The translations under genes and the position numbers were made by a program. A stretch of DNA of 29,630 nt, from NCBI GenBank assembly GCA_054600435.1, contig BAAIJX010000057.1, positions 124,001-153,630 of the forward strand. Direction: 5' to 3'. Below the pieces are notes generated by a model. It did not search any database and had not been told where the DNA came from. It saw only the letters and a list, made by a program, of their open reading frames with translations. This document shows, piece after piece, positions 19,201 through 29,630 of the stretch (position 1 is its first letter; the number at the start of each line of letters is the position of its first letter). The stretch is from Neophaeotheca triangularis (taxonomy: Eukaryota).

Positions 19201-20345
19201 TCGTCGCATTTGATGCTGAAGGACTCAACGAGCACACCGTCGCAAGACAGCATGTCACCAGTCTCGAGCAGTAGTATGTCGCCTACCAGGATATCGTGGA
19301 CACTGATCTCGCGGGTTTGTCCCGAGCGGCACACCTTGACATTGCGGTTATCCTTTTTCTTGTTGAGCTTGACAAATTGTCGTTCTTTTTGCCAGTCATT
19401 GAGTGCGCCCACACCGACCACGACGATGATTGCGACGATGATTGCTACTCCTTCGACCCATTCAACATTAGGTTCACCTGCTTCATGTTCCTGACCGAAG
19501 GTCGAGTAGAGGCCAAGTGCCAAAGCAATGGCGGCGGCGGCTGTAAGCAGAATGAGGATTTTGTCGTTGTAGGCCATCCATGCCAACTGCAGGATGTTCT
19601 TCGCTTTACGTTCGGGTAGCTTATTCGTTAGGAAGATTCGTCTCCGGTCGCCGAATTGATCACTAGGGTTCGCGGGTGGGCCAGCATCAGCCTTTCCTAC
19701 TTGGGTGGTGTCTGACGATGGACTGTCTGTCGCTGTGACGTCCTCAAACGTGACACGACCAGGCAGATGGGCTTCCTCGAGACTCAACCCGGCGGCCAAA
19801 TTTGTCCTCAGTCCCTTCTCCAACCCAGGCAGTCCACCAACGGCATGAAAGGCCCCTAAACTCTTGGGATTCACCAGCTTGGTCATATGCCCAGGCGCAA
19901 AGGCAAAAGGGTTCTCGTCCCGCTGGAAGTCGGCTTCAGTGCCGGGATCGGGCTTGAGGGCAGCATCGTCGGGCAAAACTGGATGACCGCCAGCGCCGGT
20001 GGGAAGAGAATCGGATAGGAAGGCCTTGTTCGACCTGTCGGTAGGTGAATTGACGTAGGTGACATCAGAAGTCGTGGTCGAGTAGGAATTGTTGGTGTCG
20101 ACGCTGCCTCCACGATTCCGTGTGGGTACAGACAGGTGACTTGATGCCGGTGGTTGTGGGGATATCGGGGGGGCTTGATTGTCGCTCATATCATCTCGAC
20201 TTTGTGGAGGCTGACCGACAGCCGATGTATCGATAGTAATGGTTGGTGCCCGAGGGCGACCCTGTTGGGCGTCAGCGAGCAGCCCATGCCAGACACGATC
20301 ATGTCTTGGCGTTGATGGGGATGGACATGGACATACGGAAGCCAT
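16275..20345 (-). CDS. PMC1: P-type IIB (PMCA-type) Ca2+-transporting ATPase, about 1331 aa; coding exons 20345-20337 and 20261-16275
   Basis: Motifs TGES, VVAVPEGLPLAVT, DKTGTLT phosphorylation site, KGASE, TGDGTNDAPALK and QLLWINLIMD. A 75-nt in-frame intron at 20336-20262 (GTATGT...GCTGAC...CAG) follows MAS. Confidence 0.95.
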   Translation of the reverse strand: MASVCPCPSPSTPRHDRVWHGLLADAQQGRPRAPTITIDTSAVGQPPQSRDDMSDNQAPPISPQPPASSHLSVPTRNRGGSVDTNNSYSTTTSDVTYVNSPTDRSNKAFLSDSLPTGAGGHPVLPDDAALKPDPGTEADFQRDENPFAFAPGHMTKLVNPKSLGAFHAVGGLPGLEKGLRTNLAAGLSLEEAHLPGRVTFEDVTATDSPSSDTTQVGKADAGPPANPSDQFGDRRRIFLTNKLPERKAKNILQLAWMAYNDKILILLTAAAAIALALGLYSTFGQEHEAGEPNVEWVEGVAIIVAIIVVVGVGALNDWQKERQFVKLNKKKDNRNVKVCRSGQTREISVHDILVGDILLLETGDMLSCDGVLVESFSIKCDESSATGESDLVRKSNGYEVYRAMEANENLRKLDPFIISGAKVTEGVGRMLVTGTGVNSLYGKTMMALREENDPTPLQKKLNKLADQIAKLGSSAALLLFVVLLIKFLADLPNNDEPPAQKGRRFMDILIVAVTIVVVAVPEGLPLAVTLALAFATRRMLKEGNLVRVLRSCETMGNATNVCTDKTGTLTQNVMTVVTGSLGVSNKFNNRTKLDTEGAETNTTKPGHLGTTTAQKFVQQLHERVSNIWRESIVINSTAFENDEGQYVGSKTETALLDFARTYLGMESVQIERSNASIVQIVPFDSSRKCMAMVVKLKDGSGYRLMVKGASEIMLGHCSNIIQDPTAGIGTMAMTSQTREVIESTIESYATDSLRTIGFVYRDFASWPPKDVRRQEDDPTMAVFGDVLKEMTWLGLVGIQDPLREGVIEAVEDAKMAGIFVRMVTGDNIMTAKAIARECGILHGDGIAMEGPLFRTLSEQQQRELLPTLQVLSRSSPEDKRILVKLLKDMGETVAVTGDGTNDAPALKTADVGFAMNIAGTEVAKEASDIVLMNDNFAAIIDATKWGRSTNDAVRKFLQFQLTVNITAVLLAFVSAVSSAEEESVLTAVQLLWINLIMDTMAALALATDPPTRKILNRKPDPKSAPLISLRMWKMIIGQAIYQLIITFILYYAGTTMFHFDEEHIQTLVFNTFTWMQIFNAFNNRRLDNNFNIFEGIHRNLFFVGILCVMIGGQVLIIFVGGAAFRITHQNKDQWAIAIVCGAVSLLVGVVVRLVPDEIVRRFWAFLCSLVPSPVKRFFARFTRKKNADEENSFAFQEEGLYEIKRELAFIKKYKGGRLNNLKFTLQHPRQALIYSRSPSRSRLSQSTPPKTPDQEHAEHLSAPPTPSSKHRSRSRSNSALAGIAMAGVVAGSVAGWSPIDRRDGDGESLRPPSMDRSVSSLSSEPARARTPPAPSSTSGGGLAPDVQRSAHNRTMP

Positions 20346-20610
20346 GGTGGAAAAGGAGACTGCAAGCTGTGTCTGCCTGCTTGGTAGATTGTGATGCGGA
20401 ATAGCGGTTGTGATGAGGTTGTGGGCGGGTCTTGGTAGGTAGGCTTGAATCAATTGCGACCAGGATTGGGGTTGTGGCAGGAGCCGCGGGAGATGTGCGA
20501 AGGATTCTTCATGCCAAACAAGCACTGAGTGCAGGTACTGTGTAGTGTCGAAAGCAGTAACGACTTCCAATTCCCTTTTGTTGTTTGTTCGCTGTGAGCG
20601 CTGACGTGCG

Positions 20611-20634
20611 TGGTGGTGGTGGTGGTGGTGGTGG
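20611..20634. repeat. (TGG)8 microsatellite in the PMC1 5' region
   Basis: Directly visible. Confidence 0.9.
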
Positions 20635-21207
20635 CAACAGATGTAGAAGTTGAACAGCAAGCTTAGCGGGAGAGGACGACGAACGATGGGGGCTGACGGG
20701 CGGCGATGAGCATCTGATGATGGCGGGCAGTGCAACAAGAATACCTAAGGTACCTTATTGATGGATGTTTAACTTACACAGCCCCAAAAGGTACCTAACA
20801 AGGTAGAAATGGACTGTATTCCTCGTCAAGTACACCTCAGGTACGAATGCTTGGCGTGAAGGAGGCGCAGCAACTACACCACGACCCGCTAGTTATGCAC
20901 CCCACACCGCTAAAGGGTATGCCCAGGCGTATTGTCGATAATAATAATGGAGAGAGAAGAGACAAAGGTAAAGCGACCGGTCCCGCGAACCATGTCCGAC
21001 TGTAACAATTATACCTTAGTCCTTATAACCCTCACAGTCAAAACATAATAATACTACTGAAGATTGTTCATCTTCGAGGACAGGTCTTAGCAAGCAAGTA
21101 TGGCTGTATAGCGATTATTGGAAGTACTACTAGTATGCACCTCAGTAGTGACTACTGACAGCAATTGCAGCTGCCTCTTCCCGTCGCCACCCCATGAGGT
21201 CCGGGTG

Positions 21208-21235
21208 TTTTGTCTTTTGTCTTTTGTCTTTTGTC
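21208..21235. repeat. (TTTTGTC)4 tandem repeat
   Basis: Four exact 7-nt copies. Confidence 0.9.
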
Positions 21236-22886
21236 AAGCCTCCGTCAGGAACGGGTATTTTTGCCAAATCCATTCGGACCTGCCTGGGCCTCTGGTAGCT
21301 GGGCCTCTGGTATGCTCAATTCTTCACCGCTCGAGGCCTTTAGACTTCTCACGAAAAATAGAAAGACAGCCTTCATCTTTCCAGAGCTTCTCCGGGGAAA
21401 GTCAGACGATACCTTACCTACCATCCACGTAACATCCATATGTTTTTCGCATAACGGAATAGGAGCGCGCCTCACGGTACCTGATTATTACACGCATCGC
21501 TTATTAAGGTAACAAGACAACCTCAACTTTTAAGCTCAAACTGGACCAACGGCGGCTCCACTCGAGACCCCGGCCGGCAATCTGCTCTTTTTCTCGTCAT
21601 CCTTCAACTTGGAACAACAAGAATGATCTAAACTTGTTCCCGACCCCATCCTAGTAACAATACCTAGTTGTATCCCATCATTCGCGCCTAATTTATACGT
21701 CGCCTGCTTGCTTCGAGAATAAAAGCCGGTCGTGTCGACTCTCCGCTCCGACCTGGGAAGTGTTCGAGTTTGTTGAAAATCTCCGTCACTAAACAAGCCC
21801 AGCACTCATCAACTAGTCACCTACCTACTGATTGACCTCGACATCTTCCATCATCGGCAATGTCATCATTCACACACGTACACGATCAGGTCGGTCGTGT
21901 CTCCTTGCCGAGCGCGTTCATCAGCTCGACGTGGTCATGTCCCGTCCAGAAACCGGGGCTCGAAAAAAGCAAAATCTGTCATTCCCGCTTCGCAATTTGA
22001 CGATCAATTTGCACAGCCTTCTTCGGATTTGGACCAAAACGTCACGCTCGAGCCGCCGTCCTTCGCAATCGTGCACCAAGACATACTGATCGCTGCTACC
22101 GCCTTTTTGGGTTGCCACGACCGGAGACTAGTTGACACGTTTGATAATCCACTCGACGGGGATTGAGCCAACCACACCAATCAACTGAATGAGCTCGACA
22201 GCGTGTGGCGCAGTCTCAACATCAACGCCACACGACATCGGCGCCGCCACGGTGATAGTCACCTTCTCGCGCACGTCACCCGAAAACTGAGCACCCATCA
22301 ACATACCAATATTGTGCCTGGAAGCCTTGGTCTGAAGTTCTCAACCCTTGGCGGCCACCAAGAATCGCGTCGTAAGACATGGCGGTGCAACAGACTTCAG
22401 CTTGCGTCTTCCAGGCTTCGTTTCCAAGCAGGCGCAGGTGAGGCGAAGATTCGGACGAGGTAAGTAAGTCAGGAGGGCAGTGACGGAAGGATTTCTAGCA
22501 GCCAAACGGCGTCCCCGATAGATCACGGTTGAGTCTTCATTGGCCTTCGTACGTAAGTAAGAAGCGGACTGTGGCAAAGGTCGCACGTCCATGAAGTGAT
22601 CATGCGTAGAACTCCGGTCAAGCACTTGCGGATTACTGCGGGCGGAAGAGGCTGAGAGACACTTTCTTCTCAAGGCAGTGCAAGCAGACGAAATGCGGTG
22701 TCGACGTGAGATCTGAACAGAACAGGAACCGGAAGGCATCAATTTCCGCAAGCAATCTATCAAACACCAATACCACGACAACCACAGCCCATCCAAACCT
22801 GGACCCTCCCAAGGCGGCCTCTATTCAACTCGCCCCTTTCCGAACGCCCCACCATTCTCACCACTCCCAGAACTCAACAACCGAAA

Positions 22887-23105
22887 TCACCTCCGCCCCA
22901 CAATCTTCCTCGGCGCCGACTTCTTCGCCCTGCCCGGCGACGGCTCGAGCTCATAACAATGCGGGCAATCCGTCTCTATCTTGACCGTCGCCCAGATGTC
23001 GCCCCGACCGCACGGCTTCTGGACCAAGGCTGCGTTGGGGCAGAAGGCCGCGAAGACTGTTTTGGTGTGGCCGCAAGGGTGCGTGTGGGCGTAGTATTTG
23101 CACAT
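22887..23105 (-). CDS. Small Cys-rich protein (72 aa), putative metal-binding
   Basis: MCKYYAHTHPCGH...C...C...CPHC pattern typical of small 'MC...CGH...CxxC' ascomycete proteins. Good start context (CAACATG), strongly C-ending codons, basic C-terminal tail. Confidence 0.72.
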   Translation of the reverse strand: MCKYYAHTHPCGHTKTVFAAFCPNAALVQKPCGRGDIWATVKIETDCPHCYELEPSPGRAKKSAPRKIVGRR

Positions 23106-23562
23106 GTTGAGTGGGAGGTGGCTTTTGGGGGAAGGGGGTTAGTGGAGGCTGTTGCTTGAGGGGGTGTCCGTTGTTGTTGATGGTACCTTGGGGTTGTAGC
23201 AGGCTGGCCTGACGAATTATCGGCTTCTGCTGAGCGTTTTGAATATGACCCGAGTCCGCTCGAGAATGTGCGCCTTTCGCTGCTTGGTAATTCTCGACAC
23301 CGGTGAGTTCCTGGAGACATCACAACCAAGGAAGCGTCTTCTTCGACCCTTTATCCGAAGTCCTCGATACAGGGACAAACATCGCTACCTCAACTGCAGC
23401 CTGAGTAACCATTCACCTCTAACCTCCTAGCCTCGAGACAATTACAAACATTACTATGTCGACCACAGCCTGAGCGACTAGGCCTGTGCTCACTCATCCT
23501 ACCCTTGTAGCGAGTTGTACGACGACAAACTGCCGACTGACAGCGGCATTCGAACAAGCGCT

Positions 23563-23659
23563 CCTGCACCTTACCGCCCGGAAGCAAAGAACAAGAGTAC
23601 GAGTCCAGCGGCACTCACCAAACCCGCCTGCACCTTACCGCCCGGGAGCAAAGAGTAAG
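23563..23659. repeat. 33-bp direct repeat, two copies (23563-23595 and 23627-23659), 30/33 identical
   Basis: cctgcaccttaccgcccggaagcaaagaacaag versus cctgcaccttaccgcccgggagcaaagagtaag. Confidence 0.9.
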
Positions 23660-26600
23660 CAGAAAGAAGTGCGACCTCGTCGAATCCTAAACCTCTCCCG
23701 GGCCCGACGGAAAATGGCGATAGTAGTGCATGGCCACCTCGTGTATCTGTAATGTGCCACCGTATAGTAAACACTCAGCAAACAGTCGCCCACCGGCTCG
23801 TTGCGAACCAGTGGAAGAACGTTGATGCGACGAGTACCGGGGATCGGGCTTGGCGGTCTCTCCGACAGCCAATAGTACCCCATCGGTCCTCCTGGAGGTA
23901 GGTACTTTACTGCGCATTTTATCTCGACTGCGTTTTGTTGTAAAAAGGGGTCACAATAAAGCAACTCGACACGAGCACGATATGGCCTGGTGAGTATTCC
24001 CACAGTTTTTCCCACCCCAATGCTTCCCATCCCAGTGAGGTATACTACCGAGTTGAGGGTTGAAGCGCACATGGCTAAGATGTCTTATCAACCACCAGTC
24101 CAATCCGCTGCATTTTCGATGCCGTGTTCGAACGCAGAGCGGCAATCACCATTGCTCTCACTCTCACGTCTGCCGACTCGAACGGGCTCTTCACACTGCG
24201 TAGGTAGCCATGCGCTCCACTACACCTCCGAGCATGGCTGTTGCGGGGCTTCTACTGCCAGCATATTGGGGGGAATCCTAGCCCCAAGGATTACGCGCTG
24301 AGCGTAATGTGTCCAAAATGAATATATGGAAGAAACGAAGTTTCCATTCTGGTAGTTTCAGACATTGGAAAATTCCTCAACGGTGTCAACATGCTGACAT
24401 ACCACATCCCTCCCGCGGGCTGGGACCGTGTCGAATCTTTCATGGAGCCGTAGCAAACATCTCCCAACAATGTGGACCAACGGAGGTCATGCTATCTTTC
24501 AAAAGGGATACCACCATACTGATATCGTCCGCGTGAAAGCGCCATCTCGACTCGACGGATTGGTCAAGGGCGCGGACCCATTCTTCCTTTTCGTCTCCCC
24601 AACAGCGCCACGCGTGGACGACGAGAATCAAACTACAATCCCATGCAAGCATATGGATTTGTTTCCCAACACCACAGCTCCACGCCTTCCGAGCTTCAAC
24701 CCACCGGACAATGTCCACTCCAACGGACTAGAGTGCGGTTGTATCAAGGACATCCCCTAAATGGACGAAAACACCATCACACGATCGAAGCTCGAGCACA
24801 GGCGGAGAGCAGCTCAGTCTCTAAAGGGTATAAACGAGATGCTTGCGGATATTCTGAGGAAGCTGTACTACTTGGACAACACCTACAGTATGCTGACTGT
24901 TCTACTGTTATGAGCGAGAACCGAGCTAATTTGCCTACAAGTCTTTTCCTCATCCGAATAACGCTGACCGTTTCGGTGACACGTCGAATGACTGCTGGAA
25001 AGGCCGCGGCCTACATCGAGGACACCGACATTTCTCTCGTCGGCCGCGGCCAGGGCATTCCACTGTTGCCAAGCTCGCTCATCGACATGGCTCCCGCTTT
25101 CCTCGACACAGCAATCAAGACGCGCAGACACAGGAACTGATCCATGGCATGAACGCCCACGCTTCTCGTGCAAACCTTTCTTGCGCCAAACGGATGCATG
25201 CCAGCCGCAGACTCCTCTCTACCCGCCGTCATCACGCTCAAAGAAGGACTCTGGACCCCATGCTCCATGTACGACGAGCTCTTTGCCTCCCGCCCCGCGC
25301 GTCGACATCGCCCAGTGCTTTAGGGCGGCCATCAAGCCACGGTAGTGGAAGCGGCCGTTCTGCCCTTCCAGGGCGCAAAGAGGCGCTGTGCGAGGTGTAA
25401 ACATGCAGTCGACGGCCTTCGCTTGGCCTGACTGAAGTTTTCCAAGTTCCCGCGGGTTGTGCTGGGAATTGACCGACTCGAGGGGCGGCTTTTTCATGAG
25501 GCAGCGCTCGCTACTCGACTCGACTCGACTCTCGAGGAGAGTACGAGGCCTTGTTTTGACCGAGGAAGAACTGGATGGGAATCTAGAGCGATTGATCTAG
25601 AATTCGCGTCCGCCCTTTACGTCTGATGAGGGTATTTTGAGTCGAGGACCTGAGCCATGTGTTGGTCAATAAAGCGGTTTGACAGTTGCAAGTTTTCGTC
25701 TTGTCAGCCTTGCATTTGCTATCCGTCTAAGGAAATAGGCCTATACCTTACCAACCCCTTCATCGCACCTCGAGCCCCTTCCTACACCTAGTAAGAAACC
25801 GCGATAGCAAACGCACACCCACACTGGGTATCCCACCTCTACCACGCCTGTCGTCCTGACATTCCCTCTCCCGGCAAATTGGCAGACTGGCGTGGGAAGC
25901 AAGCTTCAACAAAACAACTATCTCACCGCAGAGCACCGCGCCCGACTCGCGGGTGCGACGTTCGCACGGATGGTGATGGTGGCTCCGAGCGCGGTGGAGT
26001 GCTTTTGTCGCTTTGATTCTTCCTTCTCGCTGCTCCGTGGTAGGGCTGCTTCTTGCGGTTGACAAATGATTATTATTAACATTATTACCATGATGACTGC
26101 GCTTGGTCTGGTAGGTAGGCTAGCATGACAATCAATTAGGACTCTTGGAGATATGTCGTGGAAAGCTGGTGGTGTACCCTGATGATAATCCATGTCTGGC
26201 GAAGTCTGAAGGTAAGGTACCGTAGCTAAGATAATAGATGGCGGACTGAGTTTGCATCGAGCTTCACCGCCAGTTACGGTGAGTTCTCGAGAGGTGAGTG
26301 AGTGGAGGTGGGGTTGGGGTGTCTTGGCAATATATATTGTATGACACTCTTTACTACTATATCATGGTCTGTATCAGTACTAGTAGACAGTACAGTACAG
26401 TACGGTACAGTACAGGAGAATGCCTTCAACTCTTTTTACATTGTTACTTACAGCCAGCAATGAATGATAAAATGATAATGACAAGAAGAAGCTAATACGT
26501 GTCACCACTGCTGCCCGGCTCTTCATGCAGGCCCAATGCACCTTTCCGCCAACTAGTCTGCGCTATTCGCTCCTTTCTCTCTCTCATATTCATCATTCTT

Positions 26601-27603
26601 GCACACGCTGCACTCCTTTTCTTTTCCTTTCTGCCTGTACCTCTTTTCCGGCCGTATTCCTCATTCGTTGGGCTTGAGCGGCGCCCATCTTTCGCCATCT
26701 TTTTCTTTTCCCCGCGCTGCTTGTCCTCACGGCTGCCTGGCAATATACCTACCCAACGACACGACACGACACGAACGAACCTCACGCGCAATACCATACC
26801 ATTTCCATACGATTCACGCGACTACAAAGGCATTGAGAGTTCCGAGCTGACGAGATAGCTACGCCAATTGTGCTTTCTGCCTGCATCGGGCACTGCTGGA
26901 AATCCTCCTGCGGTAGAGAATCGCCACAACGCCAGCACATCAGTAGCCAGGATAGTAAGGCGTCGACCTCAATGCACCTGCATTACGTCTCCAGCCTCCT
27001 CGCGTGTTCGCCTTAAGACGTGGTGACGTTCACTCGACAGGCCCCAGCCTTCTCGGGCATTGACATCAAACCGCCTGGCTCCATTGGCTTCTCCCAAGCT
27101 GCTTGGAGCGAATAGGAGCCCGCCGTCTACTTGCCTCGCCAGCTGGTTACGTCTTACTAACAGGTGCGTCGATTCCATCCTTGCCAGCAATACCCGTACT
27201 TTCAGAGGCTGATGGGCTTTTGAATTGCTTGCTGTAGCTTTTGAGACTCGACATTCACTGCGAGCACAGTTTGCATTGGCATTCTCTACCATATATCCTG
27301 CTGTTGGCTCCTTGTCTTTTCTATTTGTAATTTGTGCCATTGGCCTTCAATCACCCGAAGTTACCCACCAATTACTTGTAAAATCACTTCCCTTGCCGAC
27401 AGCGTCGACGCGATTCATTGAGGAAGGAAGGAAGTGGCTGGCGAAACATCTTGTAGCCGCCTGCTCCCAAACCACGACTTCACGATCGACGAAGACGAGA
27501 AACCGAACAATTATCGACAAGACAATCATGCACGGCCTAAGCCTCTGCAGCTAGCAAAGTTCGTCCCAACACAATCATTGAAGTCTATTCCTTAGGTTAC
27601 TCA

Positions 27604-29561
27604 ATGGCCGTCTCTCAGATCGAAGAGAAGATCTTGGGACGGCTAGCCCAACAAACAGCGTCCGATAATCCTCTACTGTCCGCATCACTACACCAGGTTC
27701 TTGGCCTGTCGATACTGCTTTCTCGAAAGCTGTTCCGAGCAAAGAAGCTACGCAAGCTCGACCATACCAGGGATACAAAGTCACTGCAGTTGTACCACCA
27801 GATTGTCTGGCTCGCACGAGAGGGTCTCTCAATCACGGAAGTGTACGTCCTACCGTACTGTCAAGATGGAGAGCAAGGCCCGGAATGCCGTGTCATGGCC
27901 GCAAAGCTGCGTGCGTCGCTGTACCACGTCTTTTGCCTTTTCCACAACCACCCGCTAGTCAGTCAGCTCAGTGCGCGCTCGTACGACTCTGGGAGTTCGC
28001 CGGAATCTGATCAGACCGGCAAATCGAAGAACGGGCAAGCAAAGCATTCGCCGAACGGCAGCAAAGAAGGGGCTCCGACCAGGCGCAGAGCTGGGAAGGC
28101 TCCTTTACGGGACGCGATACCTTCAATGACCTCGGACACATCTTATGTGACCAACCCATACGCCAACGTGGGTCCTGCGCAAACGCCTCCACCACCTGGA
28201 CCACCTCCTCCAATACCAACAGAAGCTAGAAAAACGCCCAATCGCCCTCCTGGTCTCGCTCCTATCAACGTCTCGCCTACACTTGCCGCGGCGTCATTTT
28301 TATTACCCCCGTTGAACTTTGTCCCTATGACACGCGAGCACTTCGACACATGCCAAAAGCTTGCGCAGTCGCTACTCACACCCGCGCATGCGCTGCGTTT
28401 GTCGGTATCGCTCGAGCATGCGGCCTTTCTATGGGACTGCGTCAATGAACATGCAAGCGCCCGAAAATTGGCAAGGAGGACGATCAAAGAAGTTTACGCA
28501 TCTGCTGAGGGACTAGATGATGATGAATTTGCAGAAGCATCGGCGATGGTGCAAGCATTGGGCGGTATTGTAAAAAAGGGCATGGACGAGACAACACCAA
28601 ACTCTAGTACAACGAAGCCGGCCGATGAGCCTCTGAAACCGACCAAGGCGAGCCCAATCATCGACCGAACAATAGCAGTCACGCCTCCAAACAACAAGCG
28701 CTCCCGAGCAGAATCTCCCACAATCACTCCCTCCAACCTACGCAACCCCGGCCGCCTTTCCACTGTCCCCGAAGTGGACTTGGCAGAAAGCAGCAACAAA
28801 GCCCAACCCACCGCAACCACAGCTCCCAGCCCCCTCTCACCTCCGACATCCCGCCTAAGCGGGCGCAGCAAACCCTCTCGCCCCGCCGCCCGCTCCACCC
28901 ACTCCGTCTCGTCCACCTCGTCCGACAAAGCCAGCAAGCGCGCCCGGGCCGAGCACGCCGAAGAACTCTACCGCATCAACAGCGCGAGCAAGTCAAGCAG
29001 GCACAGCAGCGGCGCACACAGCCGCGACGCCTCGCCGCCTGAAGGGTACGTCCATGCCAACAACCCCTGCCCCCTCGACACCACCACTACTACCACCACC
29101 ACTGCCAACCAAAAATCTCCCGCTTCCCGCTTCCCGACAAAACCCCCGCGCGCACACCCACCACCCAAGGCATAACCAACCACCCATCAAACCCCCCACC
29201 CAAAAAACCCCCCCAAACCTAGCCAGCAAGCAAACCTCAAGAAAATAACAAGCAACCCCCTAGCGCCGAGACGCCACCAACCTCACACACGACCTCACAA
29301 ACGGCAAACGACTCTAGCGAGAAAAGAGGCAGGAAAAGTGCCGGCCGGGGAGGCGGTGCCAATGGCCATCGAGACGAAGCCACCCTGCATGACGATGAAG
29401 GAGGAGGAGGAGGAGGAAGAGAGCAAGAAGCGCCCGCGGGACTGCTGAGCCAGGTCCCTGACGTCCCGGTTGAGCGAAGAGAGGCTATCCTCCGGGCGTT
29501 GGAGATTGTGCATGCGGCCGGGCGGCAGTGGGCCGGGGATCAGGGAGCGGGGAAGGGGTAG
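27604..29561 (+). CDS. Divergent fungal 14-3-3-like protein. The unspliced ORF ends at 29175 (523 aa); a probable terminal intron 29046-29263 extends it to 29561 (about 579 aa).
   Basis: HALRLSVSLEHAAFLWDC...ARKLARRTIKEV...LDDDEFAEASAMVQAL parallels the C-terminal helices of 14-3-3 proteins (HPIRLGLALNFSVFYYE...). A Pro-rich insertion and a Ser-rich tail are present. The 3' end is uncertain. Confidence 0.8.
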
Positions 29562-29630
29562 TTACGGGATGCTGGTGGTGGTGGTGGTGGTGTTGGATTT
29601 GGGGATTGGTGTGAGTGAGGCACTTGGGGG

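Noticed and set aside
20346..20738. In-frame upstream extension of the PMC1 ORF with a poly-His run (1487-aa ORF call)
   Set aside because: It starts at a non-ATG codon, the His run is just the (TGG)8 microsatellite, and ATG 20345 has good context (ACCATGG) followed by a clear intron.
23563..23659. CRISPR-like repeat-spacer-repeat
   Set aside because: Only two imperfect copies, eukaryotic context, no cas genes.
25500..26800. Short pentamer repeats (ACTCG)n, (GTACA)n, (ACGAC)n
   Set aside because: Ordinary low-copy microsatellites in intergenic or promoter DNA.

Overview
This window is intron-containing filamentous ascomycete DNA (GT-AG introns of about 50-110 nt with CTRAC branch sites; Dothideomycete-like by inference). 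It carries nine protein genes: a TRI12-like MFS transporter, TRAPPII subunit Trs65, tubulin cofactor E, a Ser-rich hypothetical protein, an MLH2/PMS1-like MutL protein, a DsbA-like thioredoxin-fold protein, a PMC1-type Ca2+-ATPase, a small Cys-rich protein and a divergent 14-3-3-like protein. It also carries two tandem tRNA-Lys(CTT) genes. The standout observation is in the second tRNA-Lys gene (7423-7583). Besides its normal 37/38 tRNA intron, it has a 61-nt spliceosomal-type intron (GTACGT...CTAAC...CAG, 7451-7511) in the anticodon stem. Removing that intron restores the sequence of the neighbouring copy across the junction, and the intron contains a 9-nt complement of the spliced junction. 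A second candidate is an unannotated, highly structured Pol III-type RNA or SINE at about 15525-15753 (TATA, A box, B box, several helices, T-run terminator). Product names come from recognising motifs by eye; no searches were run.
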